Shown: positions 1 through 11,457, counted from the stretch's first letter. The stretch is 64,000 bases of DNA from Podarcis cretensis (GCA_951804945.1 OX638159.1:22754001-22818000), one strand, 5' to 3'. Translations and numbers: made by a program. The notes: a model not told the origin generated them from the sequence alone.

Positions 1-3000
1 CTGAAGTATGCTCATGAATATTTGCAACAACAACAAAAACCACAATAACCAAGGTCTCACTATGTGGCAGCTAGCAGGTGCTCCTGGGCCCTTCTCAGTT
101 ATTCTCTCTAGGCATTAAAAAGCCTTGCTTGTTTCTTTTTAGGTAAGGCTTGCCAGTGGAACCAAAGGATGATGATGCATTCTTATAAAGAAAAACAGGT
201 AGATTTACACCTATTGTTAGGGTTACTACACATGTGACTGTTTAAAAAAGAAAGATAAGAGTAGTATCCACAAGAGGCAGACGTTGAAAAAATACTGAAG
301 ATTTGAAAAATATCTAGGATAATTTTAAAAGAATTTATAGGTAATGAGACAAAAACGGAGATATTGTGTCTGGGATAAATAACACCTATGTGACAAAGAA
401 AGAATGAGGAAAGAAGGTATCGCATAAATAAATGCTATCATTACACATGAGATTTTTAATTGGGACAGTTGAAGAAGCAAAGCAAGTCATACCAACACTA
501 AGCATCGAAGTGGTTGCAACAGAACTTAGTGAACAGGGTATCGGCCAAAACAGGCCTCTTTAATATTTGTATACGTTGTTGTTTTTTTTAAACTGCTGTT
601 TGGACGTGATTTTAAACCCCGTTTTGGAAAGCACCCTGATATACTCTACCAAACGCTGTCCCTCTTCAGCATCCATTCCTTCCTATCGGGCTCGGCACAG
701 AGTGTTACTGGTGGTTATTTGAAATCTGCTTTGCACGTAAAATCGAAAGAGCTTCCCTGCAACTTTGTAGAAAAGAAACTAATCAATACATGTAATGCCT
801 GGCTTGGTTCAGTCAAAACAGCCATCTAGGTTGGCATTCTGCCTCTACCAAGGAACAGCCACATGCCCTTGCAAGCAAGACAGAATGGTAATAACCAGCT
901 TCTGCCTATTTGGTAGCCAGACTGTTCCTGTTACCAAGGTTTCATTTTCAAATGTAAGAGTCATAACAAGCCTATTCTCTATACTATCAAAGCTAGTGTT
1001 CACCACCATATCTTCTAATTAAGCCAATTGCACTGCTTTTCTCTTGGTGACCAGTGTCCGAACGGTAGCACTACTTAATGCCAAATCAGCACAGAGGTAG
1101 AGAGATGTGGAGGGAAAGGACTTGCCCCTTGACTTAACCGAGATTTAGCAGCAAAGGAAAGTCAGAGTACTGTATTTTAAACCTCATGTTTGATACAAAT
1201 GCTTTGGATGTGCATCCAAGCAAGCACATGATATACATATGTACAGAATGCAGGTGAAGGGGTGAGGTAATGTGCATCCCTACATCCTTAAGGAATGATG
1301 TGCTGGTAGTTAACACTTGGTTGATGTATATGCTTCTCAATCAAGTTTGTTCCATTCTGGTAGTAGACCTGTAAAGTGCTGCTACTGCCTATTACAAACG
1401 TGAAACACCAGTTTAAAGGTCTTGTGTAACAACAGAGGAACAATTTAGCTAGTGCGTCCACCCTTAGCAGATGTTTCTAGTTTGGAAATTATTTGTGCCA
1501 GCTTTAAACTACCCTGAAACTGATGACAAAATAAGTCCACACTGGTGGGCTTCATGTTTGTTCATAAGCATTTAAAACTATTGAAAGAGTCAGAAGATGC
1601 TAACGTTTTAGCTGCAGAGCAGTCTTGCATGCTGTAATGTTTTATTTCTATTGCATTTTTACGTGCTTTTGAGTACTTTATGTGGAAGCTGAACTGATTA
1701 AATTGCTGCCATATTAGATAGATTGTAGGGCAAGGTGCAAGCAAGTGTAAATTTGTGAAGCTCAGATGATTTATCCTCACATAGAAACAAAATCTAGTTA
1801 TATATACATTGAAAGTATCTCTTCAATTTGTAAACATAGAAGTATCAGCAGCCTTACATCAATGTATCCATCACATACAAAAAACTGCACCAAACCTGAT
1901 GTAGCCAGAGGATGCTCTGAGCCATTGTAGAAGAGGGTCCCCTCACAGCCACCTGTACCTCCCCAAAATCTGCTAGTGAAGGTTCAGGGACCCTTCAGAA
2001 CTAGGGGGTAGACACAAGGGGGGCTTGCAGAAGAAAATAAGTTAAGACCATCTCTCCCATCCACCCTCCTGCAGTAGGTATGTCTGACAGATCTCAGTCC
2101 CTTCCACAAATGGGAGGTGTTCTGTTTGTAAAAGGGCAGCTCTGGATCCACACACAAAAATTATTGTCAAGTGCTTGAAAAAGTTAATATACCTTACCAG
2201 CTTGTGCTGAAGATGTAATGTACGTAGAAGAATGCAAACAAATAAAGAACAGTATCTTAACCTAATGTGATTTTTACATTTCTTCACAGACTATATTCAC
2301 ACTGCATGTAGAGGAATTAAGAATTATGCGAAAATTCATTTTCTTCCAATATACTACTGCAAAAACTCACCTGGCTAAATCTTCACAGTTGAGCTCTTCA
2401 TCTGCACAGTAAAAAGGGCTAAGAAAATTCACTAGTGGGTGTAGAGGGAAGTGTGGAGGGTTTCAAATAGTTTATACCATCAATGTTCAGTCATATCTCT
2501 TTTTGTGGGATAAAATATTTGCATTTATGGGGAACATTTTATTCCTCTCCTTTGCTTTAGAGCTGACCAAGGCAGCCCTCTTGCTTTTAACCCCTCTGAT
2601 TAAGAGATAAAATGGGAGAGTGATATGTATACTAAACACAATTGGGGAAAAGTGAAAGGAATTTGAAATATACTATTTATCCAGAGTCCAATAATGTTCA
2701 GTTCCCTGCTGATGCTCTTTTTAAGAGGCCAAAGCAGCCATAGCTTATGGTAGCCCTGTAAGCTGCACTTGAAACACAAGTCCTCAAGACGTTTGGGCAG
2801 AAGAGACGGGGGGGGGGGGGGGAGAACCCTTTTTAAAAATCCTTAAGAACATATGCTTTTGCTGAACAGTCCGGTGGCCCATCTAGTTCAGCACCCTGTT
2901 CTCAGTTGACAAGCAAATGCCTACAGAAAGCTCACAAGCAGGACCTGAATTCAACAGCACTCTCCCCTCCTTACAAAACAGAATGCAAGCAAGACTAACA

Positions 3001-3679
3001 GACAGACAGCAACCACGCTACTTTGCTCAACCCCACATTCTAATTTTAATTTTTAATGTAGTAAAATCACCAGTTTTCCACCATGTGAATCATCACATTC
3101 GTCATGTGACATGAAACCGAAATGGTAAAAAAGTCTCATGATGAATGTTGCTTGACTTTGACCTCAATGTAGCAAGAGATGGTATGTACCATGAAACTGT
3201 AATCCCATGTCCAGCCATCACTGCAAAACATCCCTTCTTTAGACAAATATTTGGATTCATTTTATAAATTCTACGGACTTGGATAGAGTTCTCACTGTAT
3301 ATTTTAAATGTGCTTGGTTCTTTTAGTATAACACTAAATGATGACATTGGATGTTTTATGTAGTCTGATTGCTCTTTTTTTGTAAACTCCCTTGAGCAGA
3401 ATGCTTCTGGCAAGTCTTTAAATAGATGCAAAGCTGCAAAGCACACTTTAAATACAGATGCAGAAGGTACAGCAAACACAAGGAAGCCTCTGAATGTGCG
3501 TCAGAAGTTGAATTCTGGGAATGATATAGCAGGTGGCCCAGAAAACAGATTTCAAAAAATGCCACCAACAGATTCTTAGGGTCAGCATTTTAGGTTGTTC
3601 TGTCAGCTAAGCAGCAGCATTACTGCAACACATTAGAAACTCGAGCTAGTGTGGAATTTGGCAGCCAGGTCGCTCACCG

Positions 3680-4020
3680 GGGCAAGACGGTTTGAGCACT
3701 GCACTGGCTGCCAATTAGTTTACAGGCCCAGTTCAATGTGCTGGTTTTTACCTATAAAGCCTTAAAACTGCTCAGGACCACAATACCTCAAGGACCACCT
3801 CTCCCCATATGAATTAACCCGGATGCCACAAAAATCATCCGAGGTCCTACTATGTGCACCTTCTCTGCGAGAGATCCAGAGGGCAGCAAGATGAGAAAAG
3901 GCCTTTTTTGTGGTGGCTCCCTGCTTGTGGGATGCTCTTCCCAGGGAGGCTTGCTTGGCACATTCATTACGTATCTTCGGGCGTCAGGCGAAAATGTTTC
4001 TCTATAACTAGGCCTTTAAG
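3680..4020 (+). mobile_element. L2/CR1-clade LINE 3' fragment
   Basis: CTGCACTGGCTGCCAATTAGTTTACAGGCCCAGTTCAATGTGCTGGTTTTTACCTATAAAGCC = LHWLPISLQAQFNVLVFTYKA, typical L2 ORF2 C-terminus. Confidence 0.75.
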
Positions 4021-4342
4021 TCAAGAATTGTGGAGTTGCTGTAAAAGCACAGTGTTGAAGCCTCTTCCAATAACACATAAATCCCTCCACTTGGCAATTT
4101 ACATACTTTTTCCTACACAAATTACTTTCTGTAAAATAATGTATAAAGAAGTCCTTTGTGTCACCCTGACATTTTGGAAATATGACAACAGCAAGAAAGC
4201 AGTATTTGCAAACATGATATGACTTAAGTCATTTAAAGACAAGACTAGGCTAGAAGGCAATTTTTAAAAAATGCTCTAAGGAAACTTAAAAGAGAGCAAG
4301 TTCAACAGCATGCTTTCCACTGAGCAAGTCATGTTTAACCTT

Positions 4343-4357
4343 GCTGCCATCTAGGGG
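4343..4357 (-). promoter_or_regulatory. CTCF-like motif downstream of SRP19
   Basis: Minus strand CCCCTAGATGGCAGC versus consensus CCASYAGRKGGCRS (1 mismatch). Confidence 0.4.
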
Positions 4358-5305
4358 AATTTAGCAAAACCTTCACATTTTGCAAATTTAAAATCATGCA
4401 CTCTGTGGGTTCTGATATTGAGGACTAAACTACTGGTCTTCAACTGGTAGGTTAGGACCCACTATTGATTTGCAGCCTCATTTAAGGCAGGTCACAGCAG
4501 CAGCGCTAGAACCATACAAATATGGTAAAAAATATATACATATTTGGTCTAAAGGTGGGGCTCAACTCTGAAAAGTTGAAGACGATTTGGCTGAATGACA
4601 CAAAGCACCACGAGAGCTGCAAACTGGAACAAAGGAGCAGCACTATGTGCATAAAATATAATATATTTGATATGACAGGAACTTACACTTCTCTGCCACA
4701 GTATCGCTACTCGAATCCTGTTAAGAATTCATGACTTTTGGCTAAACAATTCACCAACTTAAATGTGTCATAATTTTGTATTATCATGATATTATGCTAG
4801 TCTCAGGTAGCAGTTGGGTAACCAAGTTCATTTAAGCAGAAAGAGTATACATATATTGGCCCAAGGTACTTTGGGATTAATCCAATTACAATAATTTCTT
4901 AAAAGTGAATTTTTTTATAGTATTATGTATCATGCTCTAAAAGCATAATAACAGATATGCTAAACCATCAGGAACATTGCAGAAGCAACATCAAAATAGT
5001 TTACACTTTACCCCATAAATATTTTAGAATTAAATACATTTTTACAAATTGGATAAACTTCTGACTATTGTTTAATACGCAAATCTGACTGTAGTCTGCG
5101 TTCCACATTCATTAGACTATTCAAATACTATACAAGTAGTCTAAACAAATGTTACAACATACCTCATTCATGAGGGGTCTTCAGATTGCCTAGCTCCATT
5201 ATAGAGTGATTCAGATGTAAAATTAAAATACCAATTAAAATCAGTTATCTTAGACTGAGGAAGTTTTAAAACCGTGCTTTCTAAGCGGTTTGATTCAAAG
5301 AGCTG

Positions 5306-5311
5306 TTTATT
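5306..5311 (-). terminator. Candidate SRP19 polyadenylation signal AATAAA
   Basis: tttatt on the plus strand about 355 nt after the SRP19 stop; position-based inference only. Confidence 0.45.
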
Positions 5312-5664
5312 TTAATAATGAGAATAATCAGTTTAGAAGCCTCATACAACACTGAATTAACCTATTCCTCTGTTATCTTTACCAATCTGGACCATATCAA
5401 GGTCAATCAGTTCTATGAAGTATTGACTGTATCCATTTTTAACGTGTTTCTGCACATTAATAGACAACATTTTCAGTATAAATACTAAAGTAGATGTTTC
5501 CATATATTTCCAATTGATCTGTTGTAGCATTAGATAAAAGTTAAATGAAGTCCAGTCCAGAAAGTTTTGACAGTTCCCATTTGTTTCTCCAACTTTCAGT
5601 TCAGATGCCAATAATCCCCTTGATCTATATTCATCTTAATACATTGCATATGTACCAGCCACAC

Positions 5665-5798
5665 TCATTTCTTCTTCTTTCCTTTACCTTTTTTACTTCC
5701 CTCTCCTTGCTGTAGGCTTTGGTCACTGCTTCCCATTTTCTGTGTCCTTGTTTTTAGTTTAGGAATTGTTTCTGCTGCATATAGCATCACTGCCTTAC
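5665..5798 (-). CDS. SRP19: SRP19 exon 5 (terminal)
   Basis: cttttag|GT AAG GCA GTG.. KAVMLYAAETIPKLKTRTQKMGSSDQSLQQGEGSKKGKGKKKK-TGA; 134 nt. Confidence 0.97.
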
Positions 5799-8700
5799 CT
5801 AAAAGGGGGGGGACGGGACGACAGAGGTAAAGGAAAAATGAGAGAAGACGCAACGAAAAAGCCCCTCCATTCTCCACCACCGCTGCTGCATTTACAAGGT
5901 AACTGGAAGTTACACAGGAAACCACCCAAAACTAGTCACCTGAAGCAGAAATGGGGAGCATTTTTCAGCCCAAGGGTCACAACCCCTCATAACTAACCTT
6001 CTGGGGGCTGTAATGGCAAGAGTGGGCACAGCCAAAGAAAACATGGGTGGGTTGCACACACATTCCTTCGCTACAATAAAAAAGAAGAACCCATCTCAAG
6101 TAACATGGTTCGGTTTGGCTGTGAAAGAGCCCTCTGTGAATGGAAGGGGCCCTTCCATTCACAAAGAAAACTGGGATCCTGCTGGAGTAAGGTAGCAGAA
6201 CAGTAACTTAAGGTATGTCTACTGCATTTAGACTTATGCTTACAGAAGTATTTGAAAATGATCAAGGGCTCTAGCTGGCCCAAGACATTTTGGCACCTGA
6301 GGCAAACCACAAAATAGCTTTCCCCTCTCTGCCAGGGAAGAAGGGTTGAGGGAAGTTCTATATCAGGAACAAGGGGGCAGGGAATAAATATCTACATCGG
6401 GAACTGTTGCCCCTGGCGATCCTGCTGTCTGAGGCGACTGCCTCACATTGTTTCATGGGTCTACCATTTGCATTGATAGAATTTTTTTTTTAATACTGTG
6501 CAGATGAAAATACACTAAGCCTAAATCAAGTCAGAGAGATGGGGAAGGGGCCTCTTGTACTGAAAGGTGCTGGTAGTTGAGTATATGTATAGTTTTTACT
6601 AGGAAAACAGTGCTCCCTAGGGAGCAGAGGGTGGTCTCATATGGCTATAAGATTGCAGTCCTACCTCTAGCAGCCCCTTTTTGTAAGGAAGGTTTTTGAA
6701 GGACTCCCCACCCCTACATGTACACACACACCTTCTGGGTACCTAAACTTAGGTGTCTTTAGTTCAAAAATTATAATTTAAGAAAGCTAATCTCACTCAC
6801 GTGTTGGAAACTGAGGCTGACATAGTTTGCCATCTTCTGTCTTTAGCTGAATGCGCACTCTTCCTCTATACTGTGCATCACGGTTCCACTCCCTGGGATA
6901 CATTTTGTTTTTCTAGCATTTGAGGAAAAGGTTACCATTTTATAACCAGGCTTACTTAAAAATACATGCATACTATGACTGCAATATGAAGTCCACTTAC
7001 TACTAAGACCCACACTAAACTCTGAGTAAAGATGCTCAAGACTGAACAATTAGTTTGCACAAGTTTTTCACACATTATTTTCGTAAACACAAGTTCCATA
7101 AGGTAGGCCATTATTCCCATAGCTCATAGCTTACTCTTAAGGTGCTTTCCAATCTAAGCACCTCTGATTACCATTAAAAACATGAACACTTTTTTGTAGT
7201 ACACATATTTTTACTCTTTGTAAAAACAAGCAACTAGTAAATACAAAAAAAACATAAATAAAACTAAAGTGGACAGACATGTATACCTGTGGTATATTTT
7301 CCAATTACATTGAGAACTAAACATTATTATTACCTCCAAAAGCACATTAAGTCCAACTGCTGCACATACATCTTGAATTTCTGTAGATGTTGGATTTTCA
7401 ACTGCCTAGAAGAGTCAGACATTTTTAGTTACTATCAGGTGCAGCTAAAATGGTTGATTACTCCAAGTAATAAAGCTTTTCTTGTGTATAAACTTTAAAA
7501 AATGCTCAATGAAGAGTTCAGTAAGTATTACTTTGCACCAACATGAGATATTAAAGTACTGTGGCAAGAACCAAATGTTCTGAGCTGGTGAAACACAACT
7601 ATTAAGAATACAGGGTGGGGTGGGGCTGACATAGCCCTTTCAGTCTCTGGTAAATAAATTTTAAAAATGTCAAATCAAATACCTTTATTGGCATCACAAT
7701 ATAAAGTGTTTCAAATCACTAGGATAATTAAAAGGAAAAGGGTGAAGCTGTCAAGTGTTATAGGGTCACACTGTGGTGGTGTGCACTTAGATGTTCTGCT
7801 ACACCCAGGCTATTTCCCAAAGGGATGGAAACCCTTTCGGGTAAAATTGTAGCTAAAAAGGAAGCTACCAGAGCAGTGGTATCTTTGCCCTGATCTGCTA
7901 GGAGGAACCTCATTTGATTTCTTCTCAGAGTTGTGGGCCGGAGAAGCAACATTTTACTCAGCATCAGTTGGCGAGGTCTGCTATGTAAAGGGCAATCTAA
8001 GAGAATGTGGTCCATTGAATCTGGTACTTCTTTGTTGCAGACACACAAACAGGCTTGATATGGAGTATGTGAGAATCTGCTGAGGGGAAAGCATTTAATC
8101 TCGCGAGCATAAAGGCTCTTCGATAGGAAGGGAGTAGTAAATCCTTTAGGTATTTGTATATATTTAAAAATGTACACAATCATTAATTCCCTCCTCCACC
8201 TTTCTACAAATTATTTTTATGCATGGTATGTATATAACTAATTTAATACATAAACAGCTCAGGCTGTATACCGGAAGGGTGAAAGCTGGGTATAATTGCT
8301 CCAATATATAAAAAGGGTATATAACTAAATTTATAATTTCTTTGCCAACCAGTTTTATTAATGTTACCAATTCTTTTACCCAACATTATTACTGCTGTAT
8401 TATGTTTTTAGGTTGAACACCCCCATATTGTATATCCAATGAAAGTGTGTTTTACACATATTTAAATAAATAAATGTAACCCGCTCCTCCCCAATCCATA
8501 ATTACTTTATCAAGTGGTATTCTTCTTCCTTCTGCTATTGTCTTCTTGTTATTTATATAGGCAGGATATATGCAGATGAACCTATACCAAGAGAAAAGCA
8601 ACACAAGTTGAAAGCTGCTGGTGTATGTTTAGAATATTTAGTGCTGTACCCCACTCCAAGACTCAGCATGAGACTCAACTTTAAAGTTCCTGCCTTGAGC

Positions 8701-10295
8701 CAACTAAAGTGGAGTTACAGCTGCCAGACAATGGCATGATCAACTTTTTAAAGAAAATACACTTTCCCCTTCACTTTGATTGCAAATATGAGGCATGGAG
8801 CTAAAGGCTTTGGCTACCACCCCCAAAGGCTGCAATAGTTAACTAATCAATTGAGTAAGAATAAAATTAAATCAACTAAAAATGCATCTCTTGTTTAACC
8901 AGGCAGTAGACACATTATATTCGATACAGCAAATAATCAGATATCCAAATGTTAGCCTTATTAGCAAAACAGCACCATCCACATACAAGAAGGTGGTATT
9001 GGCAAGATTAGAGGAACCTAAATTATTAATTCATTAATTTATTAATTTAATTTGTATACCGCCTTATCCCTGCAGGTCTCAGGTGGTTCACAGGACAAAA
9101 AGTTTACAGAAGTATTTAAAAAATGGGGAAACCTCAAACCAACCTATTTAGGATTGAGCTTGCTCAATGGCAACTGCAGTGTACCCTGAAAATAAGGGAG
9201 TGTGGATGGAACAGAGAATGCTAGACATGGGCCAGGTGGACACTCTGAACAAGAACTGTACTGCAACAATATATACCATGTATTCCACTTATATTGTTTT
9301 AAGTGCCCATAAAACTTGCCAGTGTGAGCCATCATCTTAAAGGGGCCCATCTCTAACACAAGTTGAATACATCCTTAAGTGAACTGCAGCAAATTAACAG
9401 CATTATAACCATAGAAATACATGTCTTATAATGATAATAATAAGAAGAAGAAGAAGAAGAAGAGGAGGAGGAGGAGGAGGAGGAAGGGGGGGGAAGGATC
9501 TCCATATGCATATGAAGAAGAAGAAGTGGAAAGGATCTCCAAGAAGAAGAAGAAGAAGAGGAGGGAAGGATCTCCATATGCATATGAAGAAAAAGAAGTG
9601 GGAAGGATCTCCATATGCATGTTTGTGTTAAAGCCAGGACGTAGTTCTGCAAAAGGTCTAAGAGGATGCTTACTTCCACGTATACCATTCAAGAAAGTAC
9701 GGCTCTTGATTCCGAAACATTATTTTGCTTCCCCAATTACAAAAAGTGCATTAATTAATGCACGAAAACCCTTATGGTCTAATACCGTGGTTCCCAGCGT
9801 GGGGCACACGCCCACAGGTGAACAATTTGATTTTTAAGGGGGGGCAATTCGAGAATGAGTTATCAACAAGTGAATGGCCTTTTAGGCTTCCTCCACGTGA
9901 ATAGGAGTTCACTTTTTGAATAATAAGAATTTTATGTCACGGGGGCGGGAGGGGAAAGGAAGGCATCACGATTTTAGAGATGCTTAGGTGGGGCACGGCC
10001 AAAAAAAGAGGTTGGGAACCAGGTCGCTCGGCTTATCAGCAGACAGTTATCCTGCGGTTCTAATTACTTATAAATACGCTTTTTTATCCAAGGGCTGCCA
10101 CAGCCGTCGAGCACCAGGCGCGGCGACACCGCCAGGAGAATAGCGGCCACTTATAATAACCACCTTCCCCCCTCGGGGTCCCTAACCCACAGCCGGCAGA
10201 AATGGCGGGGAGCCGCCACAGAAAGAACCACAAGCACCGCGGACTTATCGTTACCGAGACTTATCGTTGGGCAAAGAGGGCGCAGCCCAAGCCAT
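5665..10295 (-). CDS. SRP19: Signal recognition particle 19 kDa protein; spliced CDS span, 5 exons (41,76,72,112,134 nt = 435 nt, 144 aa)
   Basis: Assembled protein MAWAAPSLPNDKSRFICIYPAYINNKKTIAEGRRIPLDKAVENPTSTEIQDVCAAVGLNVLLEKNKMYPREWNRDAQYRGRVRIQLKTEDGKLCQPQFPTRKAVMLYAAETIPKLKTRTQKMGSSDQSLQQGEGSKKGKGKKKK; same position downstream of APC as in human. Confidence 0.98.
6801..6912 (-). CDS. SRP19: SRP19 exon 4
   Basis: gctag|KNKMYPREWNRDAQYRGRVRIQLKTEDGKLCQPQFPT|gtgagt; 112 nt. Confidence 0.97.
7334..7405 (-). CDS. SRP19: SRP19 exon 3
   Basis: tctag|AVENPTSTEIQDVCAAVGLNVLLE|gtaata; 72 nt. Confidence 0.97.
7668..8200 (-). mobile_element. 3' fragment of a non-LTR retrotransposon (RTE-X-like ORF2 C-terminus) in SRP19 intron 2
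   Basis: Frameshifted peptide YRRAFMLARLNAFPSA then CLCVCNKEVPDSMDHILLDCPLH (CxC..H..C zinc knuckle of LINE ORF2), followed by AATAAA and an (ATTTG)n-like tail. Confidence 0.7.
8506..8581 (-). CDS. SRP19: SRP19 exon 2
   Basis: tatag|G TTC ATC TGC.. FICIYPAYINNKKTIAEGRRIPLDK|gtaatt; 76 nt. Confidence 0.97.
9431..9621. repeat. Compound microsatellite/minisatellite (AAT, AAG, GAG triplets plus 4 AAGGATCTCC units) in SRP19 intron 1
   Basis: AAGGATCTCC at 9494, 9531, 9566, 9603; three copies are followed by ATATGCAT. Confidence 0.9.
9785..10024. mobile_element. hAT-type MITE in SRP19 intron 1
   Basis: Ends CCGTGGTTCCCAGC ... GTTGGGAACCAGG resemble CAGTGGTTCCCAAC hAT termini. Confidence 0.6.
10255..10295 (-). 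CDS. SRP19: SRP19 exon 1 (coding part)
   Basis: acacaATGGCTTGGGCTGCGCCCTCTTTGCCCAACGATAAGTCTCG|gtaacg; 41 nt, phase 2, inside the CpG island. Confidence 0.92.
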
Positions 10296-10823
10296 TGTGT
10301 CCGCGCCGCCGGCAGACCGGGCCGGGCCTTCAAAGCACAGCTCAGCGGAAGTTTGGCCGAGCCGCAATGGGAGACGGGAAACAGGGGGATGGAAGAGACA
10401 GGACCGGACGTCCCGCCCTCACCACCGCTAACGTTGCCCTTCGCTAATGGATCACGGGACTATCATTCAAAAGCAAAGTAAGCTAGAGAGAAAGAGAGAG
10501 AGAGAGCGTCCCGGCTTTGGGGACGAACCAATGGGAGGCCAGTGGTTCTAAGTATCGCGAGAATTGTAGAGGGAAAAGGTTACCGCCTCGCGAGAATTGA
10601 AGTTGCACCGTAGACTTAAGAAAATTAGCATCTCGCCACCGCTTCCTCTATTTTTTTCCCCCTCGGTGGGCGGGAGTGGGAAACAAAGCGGACCAATCAG
10701 AATGTTAGCGTAGCGGCGGGTGGCTAGATAGAAGCACAGTATAGAAGTCAAGATAGTTGCAAGCAGCGTAGTGCCGCCATATGCCCCGCTGAATTGAATG
10801 GGGCTTACTCTGGGGGAGGTGGG

Positions 10824-10967
10824 CATAGGCGGGGCCGAGGGGACGCAGGGAGCGGCAGCTGCCCCCCCTCCCCCCACCAAAAAATCAAGTAAATCAATAC
10901 AAAATACTTATCTGAGGTTCTGCACACACACGCACACCCCCCCACATAAATCCTGGCTACGCCCATG
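10824..10967. mobile_element. hAT-type MITE in the SRP19 promoter region
   Basis: CATAGGCGGGGCC ... GGCTACGCCCATG inverted ends; 8-bp TSD gaggtggg/taagtggg. Confidence 0.65.
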
Positions 10968-11274
10968 TAAGTGGGCATAGAAATGCCGCAGCCTAAGAGT
11001 GGGGGGCGCTGCCACTCGGGGATCTTATATGAGGCGCAAAACCACGAGGTCTTGGGAGGAGAAGCCGCGGGCTGCACCGAAATCTCTCTTTTATTATTAA
11101 AATAAAATTATTGAATAGAGAGGCTCGGGAAGGGAAGGTGACAGAGAGAACCTCCCTCGGAGCGAGGGCTGCATCCAGACACAAGAAACTCTGCGGGGAG
11201 AGGATGGGCGAGGGCGGCAGGTTTCAAGTCTGCTTTCCGAAAGGTTTTCCCATCACCAAGAGTGCCAAGTAGAA

Positions 11275-11457
11275 TAAGATTTTTTTGGGGGGGGGGAGGC
11301 AGGTAAGCCCCGCCCTACATAATCGATAACAAGACGCAGCACATGCACACTATTTGAATGACAATGCCCATCAACTGGGGGGGGGGAGCAGCCCCCTCAA
11401 ATATTTTTTTTTGGGGGGGGACGAAGGGACCTCATCCCCTAGGAGTTGGCTTCTATG
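11275..11457. mobile_element. Partial hAT-type MITE
   Basis: Right end CCCCTAGGAGTTGGCTTCTATG with G-run interior, typical of lizard MITEs; left TIR not seen. Confidence 0.45.

Larger units (their letters stand above)
9900..11400. promoter_or_regulatory. CpG island / SRP19 promoter
   Basis: Sharp rise in GC and CpG around SRP19 exon 1. ETS-type CGGAAGT at 10346-10352, CCAAT at 10528-10532 and 10693-10697, TCGCGAGA motifs at 10555 and 10588, GC-box-like GGGCGGG near 10668. Confidence 0.88.

Noticed and set aside
183-560. A-rich stretch resembling an L1/Tx1 3' remnant (similar feel at 51620-51960)
   Set aside because: Too degenerate to classify or delimit
1-5300. REEP5 3' end expected from human synteny
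   Set aside because: No REEP5-like coding sequence seen; its UTR cannot be recognised without alignment
9431-9621. Repeat units with variable spacers, superficially CRISPR-like
   Set aside because: Vertebrate intron; the spacers are simple AAG/GAG runs and there are no cas genes
9353-9837. Low-complexity ORFs (poly-K/R/S/G, repeated GSPYAYEE)
   Set aside because: Translations of the intronic triplet repeats and minisatellite
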